Assembly: GCF_009914755.1 (NCBI RefSeq)
Contig: NC_060933.1
DNA: 64,000 nucleotides
Direction: 5' to 3' (one strand)
From: the human T2T-CHM13v2.0 reference genome, Homo sapiens
The notes below the pieces were generated by a model that saw only the letters and a program-made list of their open reading frames with translations, was not told where the DNA came from and ran no database searches. Positions within the stretch are counted from its first letter, which is position 1. The number at the start of each line of letters is the position of its first letter. Shown piece after piece: positions 1 through 14,784 of this stretch. A program made the translations under genes and the position numbers.

Positions 1-3000
1 TTGCATTCCATTCCATTCCTTTCCCCTGCACTCGGGTTAATTCCATTCCATTCCATTCCATTTAATTCCATTCCATTCCATTCCATTCCATTCCAATCCG
101 TTCCATTCCAGTCCATTCTATTCCATTGCAATCGACTTGATTCCATTCCATTCCATTCCATTCCATTCTATTCCATTCCATTCCATTCCATTCCATTTTT
201 TTCCAATCCATTCTATTCCGAACCATTCCATTCCATTCCATTTTTTTCCAATCCATTCTATTCCGAACCATTCCATTCCATTCCATTCCATTCCATTCCA
301 TTCCAGCCATTCCACTCGGGTTGATTCCATTCCTTTCCATTCCATTCGGGTTGAATCCATTCCACTCCATTCCATTCCATTCGAATCCATTCCATTGCAC
401 TCGGGTTGATTCCATTCCATTCCATTCCATTCGATTCCATTCCATTCCATTCCATTCCGTTCCATTCCATTGCATTACATTCACATTGATTCTATTCAAT
501 TCCCTTACACTCCATTATATTCCAATCCATTCTGGTTGTTTCCATTCCATTCCATTCCATTTCACTCCATTCCATTGCACTCGGTTTGATTCCATTCCAT
601 TCCATTCCATTCCATTCCGGATGATTCCATTCCATTGCATTCCATTCCATTCCATTCCCCTGCACTCAGGTTGATTCCATTCCATTCCATTCCACTGCAT
701 TCGGTTCCGTTCCATTCCATTCTATTGCATTCCATTCTATTCGGGTTAATTCCATTCCATTCTATTCCATTCCATTCCATTCCATTGTAATGGAGTTGAT
801 TCCCTTCCATTCCATTCCATTCCGGATGATTCCATTCCATTGCATTCCATTCCATTCCATTTCCCTGCACTCGTGTTGATTCCATTACCTTCCATTCCAT
901 TCCATTCCGTTCCATTCCATTGCATTCCATTCTATTCCGGTTAATTCCATTCCATTCCATTCCATTCCATTCCATTCCATTGCAATCGAGTTGATTGCAT
1001 TCCATTCCTTTCCATTCCATTCCATTGCCTTGCATTCCAATCGGATTGATTCCATTCCCTTCTTTCCACTCCATTACATTCCCTTCCATTCCACTCGGAA
1101 TGATTGATTCCATTCCATTCCATTCCATTTCATTCCGTTGCAATCCATTCCAATCTATTCCATTCCATTCCATTCCACTCGAGTTGATTTCATTCCATTC
1201 CTTTCCATTCCATTCCATTCCTTTCCACTCGAGTTGATTCCATTCCATTCCATTCCATTGCATTCCATTCCATGCCATTCCACTCGGGTTGATTCCATTC
1301 CTTTGCATTCCATTCCATTCCATTCCATTCCATTCCATTCCATTCCATTCCATTCCATTCCGTTGCATTCCATTCCATTACATTCGGATTGATTCTATTC
1401 AACTCCCTTACTCTCCATTACATTACATTCCATTCGGGTTGTTCCATTCCATTCCATTCCATTCCGAATGATTCCATTCCATTGCATTCCATTCGATTAC
1501 ATTCCCCTGCACTCGCGTTGATTCCATTCCATTCCATTCCATTCCATTCTATTCCATTCTATTACAATTCGTTCCATTCCATTCTATTCCGTACCATTCC
1601 ATTCCATTCCATACCATTCCATTCCATTCCATTCCATTCCATTCCATTCCATTCCATTCCGTTCCATTCCGTTCCATTCCATTCCATTTTATTCGGGTTA
1701 ATTCCATTCCATTCCATTCCATTCCATTCTTTTCCATTCCATTGCAATCGAGTTGAATCCATTGCATTTCATTCCATTCCATTCCATTCCATTGCATTCC
1801 GGAAGATTCCATTCCATTGCATTCCATTCCATTCCATTCCCCTGCACTCGCGTTGATTCCATTCCATTCCATTCCATTCCATTCAATTCCATTCCGTTCC
1901 GTTCCATTCCATTCCATTCCATTCCATTCCTTTCCATTCCATTACGGATGATTCCATTCCATTGCATTCCATTCCATTCCATTCCCCTGTACTCGGGATG
2001 ATTCCATTCCATTGCATTCCAATCCATGCCCTTCCACTCGTGTTGATTCCATTCTTTCCATTCCATTCAAGTTGAATCCATTCCATTGTATTCCATTCCA
2101 TTCGATTCCATTCGATTGCACTTGGGTTGATACCATTCCATTGCATTCCATTCCATTCCATTCCATTCCATTCCATTCCGTTCCATTCCATTCCATTACA
2201 TTCGGATTGATTCTATTCAATTCCCTTACACTCCATTACATTCCATTCCATTCGGGTAGTTTCCATTCCATTCCATTCCATTCCTCTCCATTCCATTGCA
2301 CTCGGGTTGATTCCATTCCATTGCATTCCATTCCATTCCATTCAATTCCATTCCGTTCCATTCCATTCCATTACATTCGGATTGACTCTATTCAACTCCC
2401 TTACTCTCCATTACATTCCATTCCATTCGGGTTGTTCCATTCCATTCCATTCCATTCCACTCCATTCCATTGCACTCGGGTTTATTCCATTCCATTCCAC
2501 AACATTCCATTCCATTCCATTCCATTCCATTCCGGAAGATTCCATTCCATTGCATTCCATTCCATTACATTCCCCTGCACTCGCGTTGATTCCATTCCAT
2601 TCCATTCCATTCCATTCCATTCCATTCCTTTCCGTTCCATTGCATTCCATTCCATTCCATTCGATTCCATTCCATTCCGTTCCGTTCCGTTCCGTTCCGT
2701 TCCATTCCATTCCATTCCATTCTATTCGGGTTAACTCCATTCCATTCCATTCGATTGCAATCGAGTTGATTCCATTCCATTCCATTCCATTCCATTCCAT
2801 TCCATTCCATTCCATTACGGATGATTCCATTCCATTGCATTCCATTCCATTCCATTCCCCTGTACTCGGGTTGATTCCATTCCATTCCATTCCAATCCAT
2901 GCCATTCCACTCGTGTTGATTCCATTCTTTCCATTCCATTCAAGTTGAATCCATTCCATTGCATTCCATTCCATTCCATTCCCCTGCAGTCGGGTTGACT

Positions 3001-3620
3001 CCATTCCATTCCATTCCTTTCCATTCCATTCCATTCCATTCCGTTCCGTTCCGTTCCGTTCCATTCCATTCCATTCTATTCGGGTTAATTCCATTCCATT
3101 CCATTCCATTCCAATCGAGTTGATTCCATTCCATTCCATTCCATTCCATTCCACTCCATTCCAGTCCTTTCCATTCCATTCCACTCGTGTTGATTCCATT
3201 CCCTTCCATTCCATTCCATACCATTCCATTCCATTCCATTCCGTTCCATTCCGTTCCATTCCATTCCATTCCATTCTATTCGGATTAATTCCATTCCATT
3301 CCATTCCATTCCATTCTATTCCATTCCGTTGCAATCGAGTTGAATCCATTGCATTTCATTCCATTCCATTCCATTCCATTCCATTCCGGAATTTTCCATT
3401 CCATTGCGTTCCATTCCATTCCATTCCATTCCGGTCCTTTCCATTCCATTCCATTCCATTCCGTTCCGTTCCATTCCATTCCATTCCATTCTATTCTGGT
3501 TAATTCCATTCCATTCCATTCCATTCCATTCCATTCCATTCCATTCCATTCCGTTCCATTCCGGAAGATTCCATTCCATTGCATTCCATTCCATTCCATT
3601 CCCCTGCACTCGCGTTGATT
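1..3620 (+). repeat. Long-range direct copy of ~29929-33650 (offset ~29.9 kb), also homologous to ~24.87-28.35 kb
   Basis: Shared markers: T7 run 196/25073/30124, TCACATTG 481/25363/30404, GTCGGGTTGACTCC 2989/27851/32922. The start CCCCTGCACTCGGGTTAA matches the copy at ~29951. Confidence 0.85.
1796..1810. promoter_or_regulatory. Consensus three-unit heat-shock element (nTTCn-nGAAn-nTTCn), representative of a recurrent site
   Basis: aTTCc-gGAAg-aTTCc. It recurs at 2529, 3558, 3703, 6324, 11166, 13533, 15356, 44760, 44805 and elsewhere, and reverse-complemented at 52958 and others. This is a motif match only; binding is not shown. Confidence 0.55.
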
Positions 3621-6600
3621 CCATTCCATTCCATTCCATTCCATTCCATTCCATTCCATTCCTTTCCGTTCCATTCCATTCCATTCCATTCCATTCCATT
3701 CCATTCCGGAAGATTCCATTCCATTGCATTCCATTCCATTCCCCTGCACTCGCGTTGATTCCATTCCATTCCATTCCATTCCATTCCATTCCATTCCATT
3801 CCTTTCCGTTCCATTCCATTCCATTCCATTCCATTCCATTCCATTCCGTTCCGTTCCGTTCCTTTCCATTCCATTCCATTCCATTCCATTCCATTCGGGT
3901 TAATTCCAGTCCATTCCATTCGATTGCAATCGAGTTGATTCCATTCCATTCCATTCCATTCCATTCCATTCAATTCCATTCCTTTCCATTCCACTACGGA
4001 TGATTCCATTCCATTGCATTCCATTCCATTCCATTCCCCTGTACTCGGGTTCATTCCATTCCATTCCATTCCAATCCATGCCATTTCACTCGTGTTGATT
4101 CCATTCTTTCCATTCCATTCAAGTTGAATCCATTCCTTTGCATTCCATTCCATTCCATTCCCCTGCAGTCGGGTTGATTCCATTCCATTCCATTCCATTC
4201 CATTCCATTCCATTCCGTTCCTTTCCATTCCATTCCATTCCTTTCCATTCTATTCAGGTTAATTCCATTCCATTCCATTCCATTCCAATCCATTCCATTC
4301 CAATCGACTTTATTCCATTCCATTCCATTCCATTCCATTCCACTCCATTCCAGTCCTTTCCATTGCATTCCACTCGGGTTGATTCCAATGTATTCCTTTC
4401 CATTCCGTTCCATTCCATTGCAATCGAGTTGATTCCATTTCTTTGCATTCCATTCCATTCCATTCCATTCCATTCCATTCGGATTCATTCTATTCAATTC
4501 CCTTACACTCCATTACATTCCATTCCATTCGTGTAGTTTCCATTCCATTCCATTCCTCTCCATTCCATTGCACTCGGGTTGATTCCATTCCATTCCATTC
4601 CATTCCATTCCATTCCATTCCATTCCATTCCATTCCGGATGATTCCATTCCATTGAATGCCATTGCATTCCATTCCCCTGCACTTGGGTTGATTCCATTC
4701 CATTCCATTACATTCCTTTCTTTTCCATTCCATTCCATTCCATTCCATTCTTTCGTGTTAATTCCATTCCATTCTCTTCCATTCCATTCCATTGAAATCG
4801 AGTTGATTCCATTCCATTCCATTCCATTCCATTCCATTCCATTCCATTCCGGATGATTCCATTCCTTTCCATTCCATTCTATTCCATTCCATTGTACTCG
4901 GGTTGATTCCATTCCATTGCATTCCATTCCATTCCATTCCATTCCATTCCGTTGCATTCCATTCCATTACATTCGGATTGATTCTATTCAACTCCCTTAC
5001 TCTCCATTACATTCCATTCCATTCGGGTTGTTCCATTCCATTCCATTCCATTCCACTCCATTCCATTGCACTCGGGTTGATTCCATTCCATTCCATTCCA
5101 TTCCATTCCATTCCGGATGATTCCATTCCATTGCATTCCGTTCCATTACATTCCCCTGCACTCGCGTTGATTCCATTCCATTCCATTCAATTCCATTCCA
5201 TTACAATTCGTTCCATTCCATTCTATTCCGTACCATTCCATTCCATTCCATACCATTCCATTCCATTGCATTCCATTCCTTTCCATTCCGTTCCATTGCA
5301 TTCTATTCGGGTTAATTCCATTCCATTCCATTCCATTCCATTCTATTCCATTCCATTGCAATCGAGTTGAATCCATTGCATTTCATTCCATTCCATTCCA
5401 TTCCATTCCATTCCGGAATATTCTATTCCATTGCATTCCATTCCATTCCATTCCCCTGCACTCGCGTTGATTCCATTCCATTCCATTCCATTCCATTCCA
5501 TTCCATTCCATTCCATTCCGTTCCGTTCCGTTCCATTCCATTCCATTCCATTCCATTCCAATCCATTCCGTTCCGTTCCATTCCATTCCATTCCATTCTA
5601 TTCGGGTTAATTCCATTCCATTCCATTCGATTGCAATCGTGTTGATTCCATTCCATTCCATTCCATTCCATTCCATTCCATTGCATTCCTTTCCATTCCA
5701 TTACGGATGATTCCATTTCATTGCATTCCATTCCATTCCATTCCCCTGTACTCGGGTTGATTCCATTCCATTGCATTCCAATCCATGCCCTTCCAGTCGT
5801 TTTGATTCCATTCTTTCCATTCCATTCAAGTTGAATCCATTCCATTGCATTCCATTCCATTCGATTCCATTCGATTGCACTCGGGTTGATTCCATTCCAT
5901 TGCATTCCATTCATTTCCATTCCATTCCATTCCATTCCATTCCATTCCATTCCATTCCATTCCGTTCCGTTCCATTCCATTCCATTACATTCGGATTGAT
6001 TCTATTCAATTCCCTTACACTCCATTACATTCCATTCCATTCGGGTAGTTTCCATTCCATTCCATTCCATTCCTCTCCATTCCATTGCACTCGGGTTGAT
6101 TCCATTCCATTGCATTCCATTCCATTCCATTCAATTCCATTCCGTTCCATTCCATTCCATTACATTCGGATTGATTCTATTCAACTCCCTTACTCTCCAT
6201 TACATTCCATTCCATTTCATTCCATTCCATTCCATTCCATTCCACTCCATTCCATTGCACTCGGGTTTATTCAATTCCATTCCATTCCATTCCATTCCAT
6301 TCCATTCCATTCCATTCCATTCCATTCCGGAAGATTCCATTCCATTGCATTCCATTCCATTCCATTCCCCTGCACTCGCGTTGATTGCATTCCATTCCAT
6401 TCCATTCCATTCCATTCCTTTCCGTTCCATTCTATTCCATTCCATTCGATTGCAATCGAGTTGATTCCATTCCATTCCATTCCATTCCATTCCATTCCTT
6501 TCCATTCCATTACGGATGATTCCATTCCATTGCATTCCATTCCATTCCATTCCCCTGTACTCGGGTTGATTCCATTTCATTCCATTCCATTCCATTCTAT

Positions 6601-9600
6601 TCCATTCCATTCCATTCCATTCCAGAAGTTTCCATTCCATTGCATTCCATTCCATTCCATTCCCCTGCACTCGCGTTGATTCCATTCCATTCCATTCCAT
6701 TCCATTCCATTGCATTCCATTCCGATCCATTCCATTCCATTCCATTCCATTCCATTCCGTTCCGTTCCATTCCATTCCATTCCATTCCATTCCATTCTAT
6801 TCGGGTTAATTCCATTCCATTCCATTCAATTGCAATCGAGTTGATTCCATTCCATTCCATTCCATTCCATTCCATTCCATTCCATTCCATTCCATTCCTT
6901 TCCATTACATTACGGGTGATTCCATTCCATTTCATTCCATTCCATTCCATTCCCCTGTACGCGGGTTGATTCTATTCCATTCCATTCCAATCCATGCCAT
7001 TCCACTCGTGTTGATTCCATTCTTTCCATTCCATTCAAGTTGAATCCATTCCATTGCATTCCATTCCATTCGATTCCATTCGATTGCACTCGGATTGATT
7101 CCATGGCATTGCATTCCATTCCATTCCATTCCAATCCATTCGTTTCCATTCCATTCCATTCCATTCCATTCGGATTCATTCTATTCAATTCCCTTACACT
7201 CCATTAGATTCCATGCCATTCGTGTAGTTTCCATTCCATTCCATGCCATTCCTCTCCATTCCATTGCACTCGGGTTGATTCCATTCCATTCCATTCCATT
7301 CCATTCCATTCCATTCCATTCCATTCCATTCCATTCCGGATGATTCCATTCCATTGAATTCCATTCCATTCCATTCCCCTGCACTTGTGTTGATTCCATT
7401 CCATTCCATTCCGTTCCTTTCTGTTCCATTCCATTCCATTCCATTCTATTCTTGTTAATTCCGTTCCATTCTATTCCATTCCATTCCATTGAAATCGAGT
7501 TGATTTCATTCCATTCAATTCCATTCCATTCCATTCAATTCCATTCGGGATGATTCCATTCCATTTTATTCCATTCCATTCCATTCCACTGCACTCGGGT
7601 TGATTCCATTCCATTCCATTCCATTACATTCCATTCCATTCCGTTCCATTTCATTCTATTCGGGTTAATTCCATTCCATTCCATTCCACTCCATTCCAGT
7701 CCTTTCCATTCCATTCCACTCGGGTTGATTCCATTCTATTCCTTTCAATTCCATTCCATTCCATTGCAATCGAGTGGATTCCATTCGAGTTGAATCCATT
7801 CCATTCCATTCCATTCCATTCCATTGCACACGGGTTCATTCCATTCCATTACATTCCATTCCATTCCATTCCATTCCATTTCATTCCATTCCATTCTATT
7901 CCGTACCATTCCATTCCATCCCATTCCATTCCGTTCCATTCCATGACATTACACTCGGGTTGATTCCATTCCTTTCCATTCCATTCTTGTTGAATCCATT
8001 CCATTCCATTCCATTCCATTCGAATCCATTCCATTGCACTCGGGTTGATTCCATTCCATTCCATTCCATTCCATTTCATTCCATTCCATTCCGTTACATT
8101 CGGATTGATTCTATTCAATTCCCTTACACTCCATTACATTCCATTCCATTCGGGATGTTTCCATTCCATTCCATTCCATTCCACTCCATTCCATTGCATC
8201 AGGTTGATTGCATTGCATTCCATTCCATTCCATTCCGGATGATTCCATTCCATTGCATTCCATTCTATTCCATTCCCCTGCACTCGGGTTGATTCCATTC
8301 CATTCCATTCCAATCCATTCCATTCCATTCCATTCCATTCCGTTCCATTACATTCCATTCCATTCTATTCCGGTAAATTCCATTGCATTCCATTCGATTC
8401 CATTCCATTCCATTCCATTCCATTGCAGTCGGGTTGATTCCATTCCATTGCATTCCATTCCATTCCATTCCGTTCCATTCCATTCCATTCCATTCTATTC
8501 GGGTTAATTCTATTCCATTCCATTCCATTCCATTCCATTCCATTCCGTTCCATTCCATTCCATTCCATTCTATTCGGGTTAATTCCATTCCATTCCATTC
8601 CATTCCATTGCATTCCATTCCATTCCATTCCCCTGCACTCGGGTTGATTCCATTCCATTCCACTCCATTCCGTTCCATTCCATTCCATTCCATTTTATTC
8701 GGGTTAATTCCATTCCATTCCATTCCATTCCATTCCATTCCATTCCATTCCATTCCATTCCATTACAATCGAGTTGATTCCATTTCATTTCATTCCATTC
8801 CATTAAATTCCATTCCAGTCCTTTCCATTCCATTCCACTCGGGTTGATTCCATTCTATTAGTTTGCATTCCATTCCATTCCCTTCCATTCCACTCTGGTT
8901 GATTCCATTCCTTTCCATTCCACTCGAATTCATTCCCTCCTATTCCACTCGGAACGATTCCATTCCATTCCATTCCATTCCATTCCATTCCATTCCAGTT
9001 CCTTCCATTCCATTCTATTCCGTACCATTCCATTCCATTCCATTCCTTTCCATTCCATTCCTTTCCACTCGTGTTGATTCCATTCCTTTCCATTCCATTC
9101 GGTTTGAAGGCATTCCATTCCATTCCATTCCATTCCATTCCATTCCGTTCCGTTCCATTCCATTCCATTCCATTCCATTCCATTCCATTCCATTCCGTTC
9201 CGTTCCATTCCATTCCATTCCATTCTATTCGGGTTAATTCCATTCCATTCCATTCGATTGCCATCGAGTTGATTCCATTCCATTCCATTCCATTCCATTC
9301 CATTCCATTCCATTCCATTCCATTCCATTCCATTCCATTCCATTCCTTTCCATTCCATTACGGATGACTCCATTCCATTGCATTCCATTCCATTCCATTC
9401 CCCTGTACTCGGGTTGATTCCATTCCATTCCATTACACTCCATTCGGTTCCGTTGCATTCCATTCTATTGCATTCCATTCTATTCTGGTTAATTCCATTC
9501 CATTCTATTCCATTCCATTCCATTCCATTCCATTGCAATGGAGTTGATTCCATTCCATTCCATTCCATTCCGGATGATTCCATTCCATTGCATTCCATTC

Positions 9601-11759
9601 CATTCCATTGCACTGCACTCGTGTTCATTCCATTCCGTCCATTCCATTCCATTCCATTCTATTCCGGTTAATTCCATTCCATTCCATTCCATTCCATTCC
9701 ATTCCATTGCAATCGAGTTGATTCCATTCCATTCCTTTCCATTCCATTCCATTGTCTTGCATTCCACTCGGGTTGATTCCATTCCCTTCTTTCCACTCCA
9801 TTACATTCCCTTCCATTCCACTCGGAATGATTGATTCCATTCCATTCCATTCCATTTCATTCCATTGCAATCCATTCCAATCCATTCCATTCCATTCCAT
9901 TCCACTCGAGTTGACTTCATTCAATTCCTTTCCATTCCATTCCATTCCTTTCCACTCGAGTTGATTCCATTCCATTCCAATCCATTGCATTCCATTCCAT
10001 GCCATTCCACTCGGGTTGATTCCATTCCTTTGCATTCCATTCCATTCCATTCCATTCCATTCCGTTGCATTCCATTCCATTACATTCGGATTGATTCTAT
10101 TCAACTCCCTTACTCTCCATTACATTCCATTCCATTCGGGTTGTTCCATTCCATTCCATTCCATTCCACTCCATTCCATTGCACTCGGGTTGATTCCATT
10201 CCATTCCATTCCATTCCATTCCATTCCATTCCGGATGATTCCATTCCATTACATTCCGTTCCATTACATTCCCCTGCACTTGCGTTGATTCCATTCCATT
10301 CCATTCCATTCCATTCCATTCAATTCCATTCCATTACAATTCGTTCCATTCCATTCTATTCCGTACCATTCCATTCCATTCCATACCATTCCATTCTATT
10401 CCATTCCATTCCATTCCATTCCATTCCGTTCCATTCCGTTCCATTCCATTCCATTCCATTCTATTCGGGTTAATTCCATTCCATTCCATTCGATTGCAAT
10501 CGTGTTGATTCCATTCTATTCCATTCCATTCCATTCCATTCCATTCCATTCCATTCCATTCCTTTCCATTCCATTACGGATGATTCCATTCCATTGCATT
10601 CCATTCCATTCCATTCCCCTGTACTCGGGTTGATTCCATTCCATTGCATTCCAATCCATGCCCTTCCACTCGTGTTGATTCCATTCTTTCCATTCCATTC
10701 AAGTTGAATCCATTCCATTGCATTCCATTCCATTCGATTCCATTCGATTGCACTCGGGTTGATTCCATTCCATTGCATTCCATTCCATTCCATTCCATTC
10801 CATTCCATTCCATTCCATTCCGTTCCATTCCATTCCACTACATTCGGATTGATTCTATTCAATTCCCTTACACTCCATTACATTCCATTCCATTCGGGTA
10901 GTTTTCATTCCATTCCATTCCATTCCTCTCCATTCCATTGCACTCGGGTTGATTCCATTCGATTGCATTCCATTCCATTCCATTCAATTCCATTCCGTTC
11001 CATTCCATTCCATTACATTCGGATTGATTCTATTCAACTCCCTTACTCTCCATTACATTCCATTCCATTCGGGTTGTTCCATTCCATTCCATTCCATTCC
11101 ACTCCATTCCATTGCACTCGGGTTGATTCCATTCCATTCCATTCCATTCCATTAAATTCCATTCCATTCCGGAAGATTCCATTCCATTGCATTCCATTCC
11201 ATTCCATTCCCCTGCACCCGCGGTGATTCCATTCCATTCCATTCCATTCCATTCCATTCCATACCTTTCCGTTCCATTCCATTCCATTCCATTCCATTCC
11301 ATTCCATTCCGTTCCGTTCCATTCCCTTCCATTCCATTCCATTCCATTCCATTCGGGTTAATTCCAGTCCATTCCATTCGATTGCAATCGAGTTGATACC
11401 ATTCCATTCCATTCCATTCCATTCCATTCCATTCCATTCCTTTCCATTCCATTACGGATGATTCCATTCCATTGCATTCCATTCCATTCCATTCCCCTGT
11501 ACTCGGGTTCATTCCATTCCATTCCATTCCAATCCATGCCATTCCACTCGTGTTGATTCCATTCTTTCCATTCCATTCAAGTTGAATCCATTCCATTGCA
11601 TTCCATTCCATTCCATTCCCCTGCAGTTGGGTTGATTCCATTCCATTCCATTCCATTCCATTCCATTCCATTCCATTCCGTTCCGTTCTGTTCCGTTCCG
11701 TTCCATTCCATTCCTTTCCATTCTATTCGGGTTAATTCCATTCCATTCCATTCCATTCC

Positions 11760-12850
11760 ATTCCATTCCATTCCATTCCAATCGAGTTGATTCCATTCCA
11801 TTCCATTCCATTCCATTCCACTCCATTCCAGTCCTTTCCATTCCATTCCACTCGGGTTGATTCCAATGTATTCCTTTCCATTCCGTTCCATTCCATTGCA
11901 ATCGAGTTGATTCCATTTTTTGCATTCCATTCCATTCCGGATGATTCCATTCCATTGCATTCCATTCCATTCCATTCCCCTGCACTCGGGTTGATTCCAT
12001 TCCATTCCATTCCATTCCGTTGCATTCCATTCCATTCCAATGTATTCGGAATAATTCCATTCCATTCCATGCCATTCCATTCCATTCCATTTCAATCGAG
12101 TTGAATCCATTCCATTCCATTCCATTCCAGTCCTTTCCATTCCATTCCACTCGGGTTGATTCCATTCTATTAGTTTCCATTCCATTCCATTCCCTTCCAT
12201 TCCACTCTGGTTGATACCATTCCTTTCCATTCCACTCGAATACATTCCCTCCTATTCCACTCGGAACGATTCCATTCCATTCCATTGCATTTCATTCCAT
12301 TCCATTCCAATCGAGTTGATTCCATTCCATTCCATTCCATTCCATTCCACTCCATACCAGTCCTTTCCTTTCCGTTCCACTCGGGTTGATTCCAATATAT
12401 TCCTTTCCATTCCATTCCATTCCATTGCAATCGAGTTGATTCCATTGCTTTGCATTGCGTTCCATTCCATTCCATTCCGGATGATTCCATTCCATTGTAT
12501 TCCATTCCATTCCACTCCCCTGCACTCGGGTTGATTCCATTCCATTCCACTCCATTCCGTTCCATTCCATTCCATTGCATTGTATTCGGGTTAATTCCAT
12601 TCCATTCCATTCCATTCCATTCCATTCCATTCCATTCCATTACAATTGAGTTGATTCCATTCCATTCCATTCCATTCCAGTCATTTCCATTCCATTCCCC
12701 TCGCGTTGATTCCATTCTATTAGTTTCCATTCCATTCCATTCCCTTCCATTCCACTCAGGTTTTTTCCATTCCTTTCCATTCCACTCGAATACATTCCCT
12801 CCTATTCCACTCGGAAGGATTCCATTCCATTCCATTCCATTCCTTTCCAT
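11760..12850 (+). repeat. ~530-550 bp diverged tandem duplication
   Basis: TCCAATGTATTCC ~11862 vs TCCAATATATTCC ~12391; TATTAGTTTCC ~12168/12718; CTCGAATACATTCCCTCC ~12235/12785. Confidence 0.7.
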
Positions 12851-14784
12851 TCCATTCCATTCCATTCCATTCCATTCCATTCCATTTCGTTCCATTCCAT
12901 TCTATTCCGTATCATTCCATTCCATTCCATTCCATTCCATTCCATTCCATTCCATTCCATTCCATTCCATTCCATTCCATTCCATTGTACTCGGGTTGAT
13001 TCCATTCCATTCCATTCCATTCCATTCCATTCCATTCCATTCCGTTGCATTCCATTCCATTACATTCGGATTGATTCTATTCAACTCCCTTACTCTCCAT
13101 TACATTCCATTCCATTCGGGTTGTTCCATTCCATTCCATTCCATTCCACTCCATTCCATTGCACTCGGGTTGATTCCATTCCATTCCATTCCATTCCATT
13201 CCATTCCGGATGATTCCATTCCATTGCATTCCGTTCCATTACATTCCCCTGCACTCGCGTTGATTCCATTCCATTCCATTCCATTCCATTCAATTCCATT
13301 CCATTACAATTCGTTCCATTCCATTCTATTCCGTACCATTCCATTCCATTCCATACCATTCCATTCCATTCCATTCCATTCCATTCCATTCCGTTCCATT
13401 CCGTTCCATTCCATTCCATTCCATTCTATGCGAATTAATTCCATTCCATTCCATTCCATTCCATTCTATTCCATTCCATTGCAATCGAGTTGAATCCATT
13501 GCATTTCATTCCATTCCATTCCATTCCATTCCATTCCGGAAGATTCCATTCAATTGCATTCCATTCCATTCCATTCCCCTGCACTCGCGTTGATTCCATT
13601 CCATTCTATTCCATTCCATTCCATTCCATTCCATTCCATTCCATTCCATTCCGTTCCGTTCAATTCCATTCCATTCCATTCCGTTCCGTTCCATTCCATT
13701 CCATTCCATTCTTTTCTGGTTAATTCCATTCCATTCCATTCGATTGCAATCGAGTTGATTCCATTCCATTCCATTCCATTCCATTCCATTCCATTCCTTT
13801 CCATTCCATTACGGATGATTCCATTCCATTGCATTCAATTCCATTCCATTCCCCTGTACTCGGGTTGATTCCATTCCATTCCATTCCAATCCATGCCATT
13901 CCACTCGTGTTGATTCCATTCTTTCCATTCCATTCAAGTTGATTCCATTCCATTCCATTCCATTCCATTCCATTCCATTCCATTCCATTCCGTTCCGTTC
14001 CGTTCCGTTCCGTTCCATTCCATTCCATTCTATTCGGGTTAATTCCATTCCATTCCATTCCATTCCATTCCATTCCATTCCAATCGAGTTGATTCCATTC
14101 CATTCCATTCCATTCCATTCCACTCCATTCCAGTCCTTTCCATTCCATTCCACTCGGGTTGATTCCAATGTATTCCTTTCCATTCCATTCCATTCTATTG
14201 CAATCGAGTTGATTCCATTGCTTTGCATTCCATTCCATTCCATTCCATTCCGGATGATTTCATTCCATTGCATTCCATTCCATTCCATTCCCCTGCACTC
14301 GGGTTGATTCCATTCCTTTCCACTCCATTCCGTTCCATTCCATTCCATTCCATTGTATTCGGGTTAATTCCATTCCATTCCATTCCATTCCTTTACATTC
14401 GAGTTGATTCCATTCCATTCCATTCCATTCCATTTCGTTCCAGTCATTTCCATTCCATTCCACTCGGGTTGATTCCATTCTATTAGTTTCCATTCCATTA
14501 CATTCCCTTCCATTCCACTCTGGTTGATACCATTCCTTTCCATTCCACTCGAATACATTCCCTCCTATTCCACTCGGATCGATTCCATTCCATTCCATTC
14601 CATTCCTTTCCATTCCATTCCATTCAATTTCGTTCCATTCCATTCTATTCCGTATCATTCCATTCCATTCCGTTCCATTCCATTCCATTCCATTCCACTC
14701 GAGTTGATTCCATTCCTTTCCATTCCATTCTGTTTGAAGGCATTCCATTCCATTCCATTCCATTCCATTCCATTCCATTCCATT

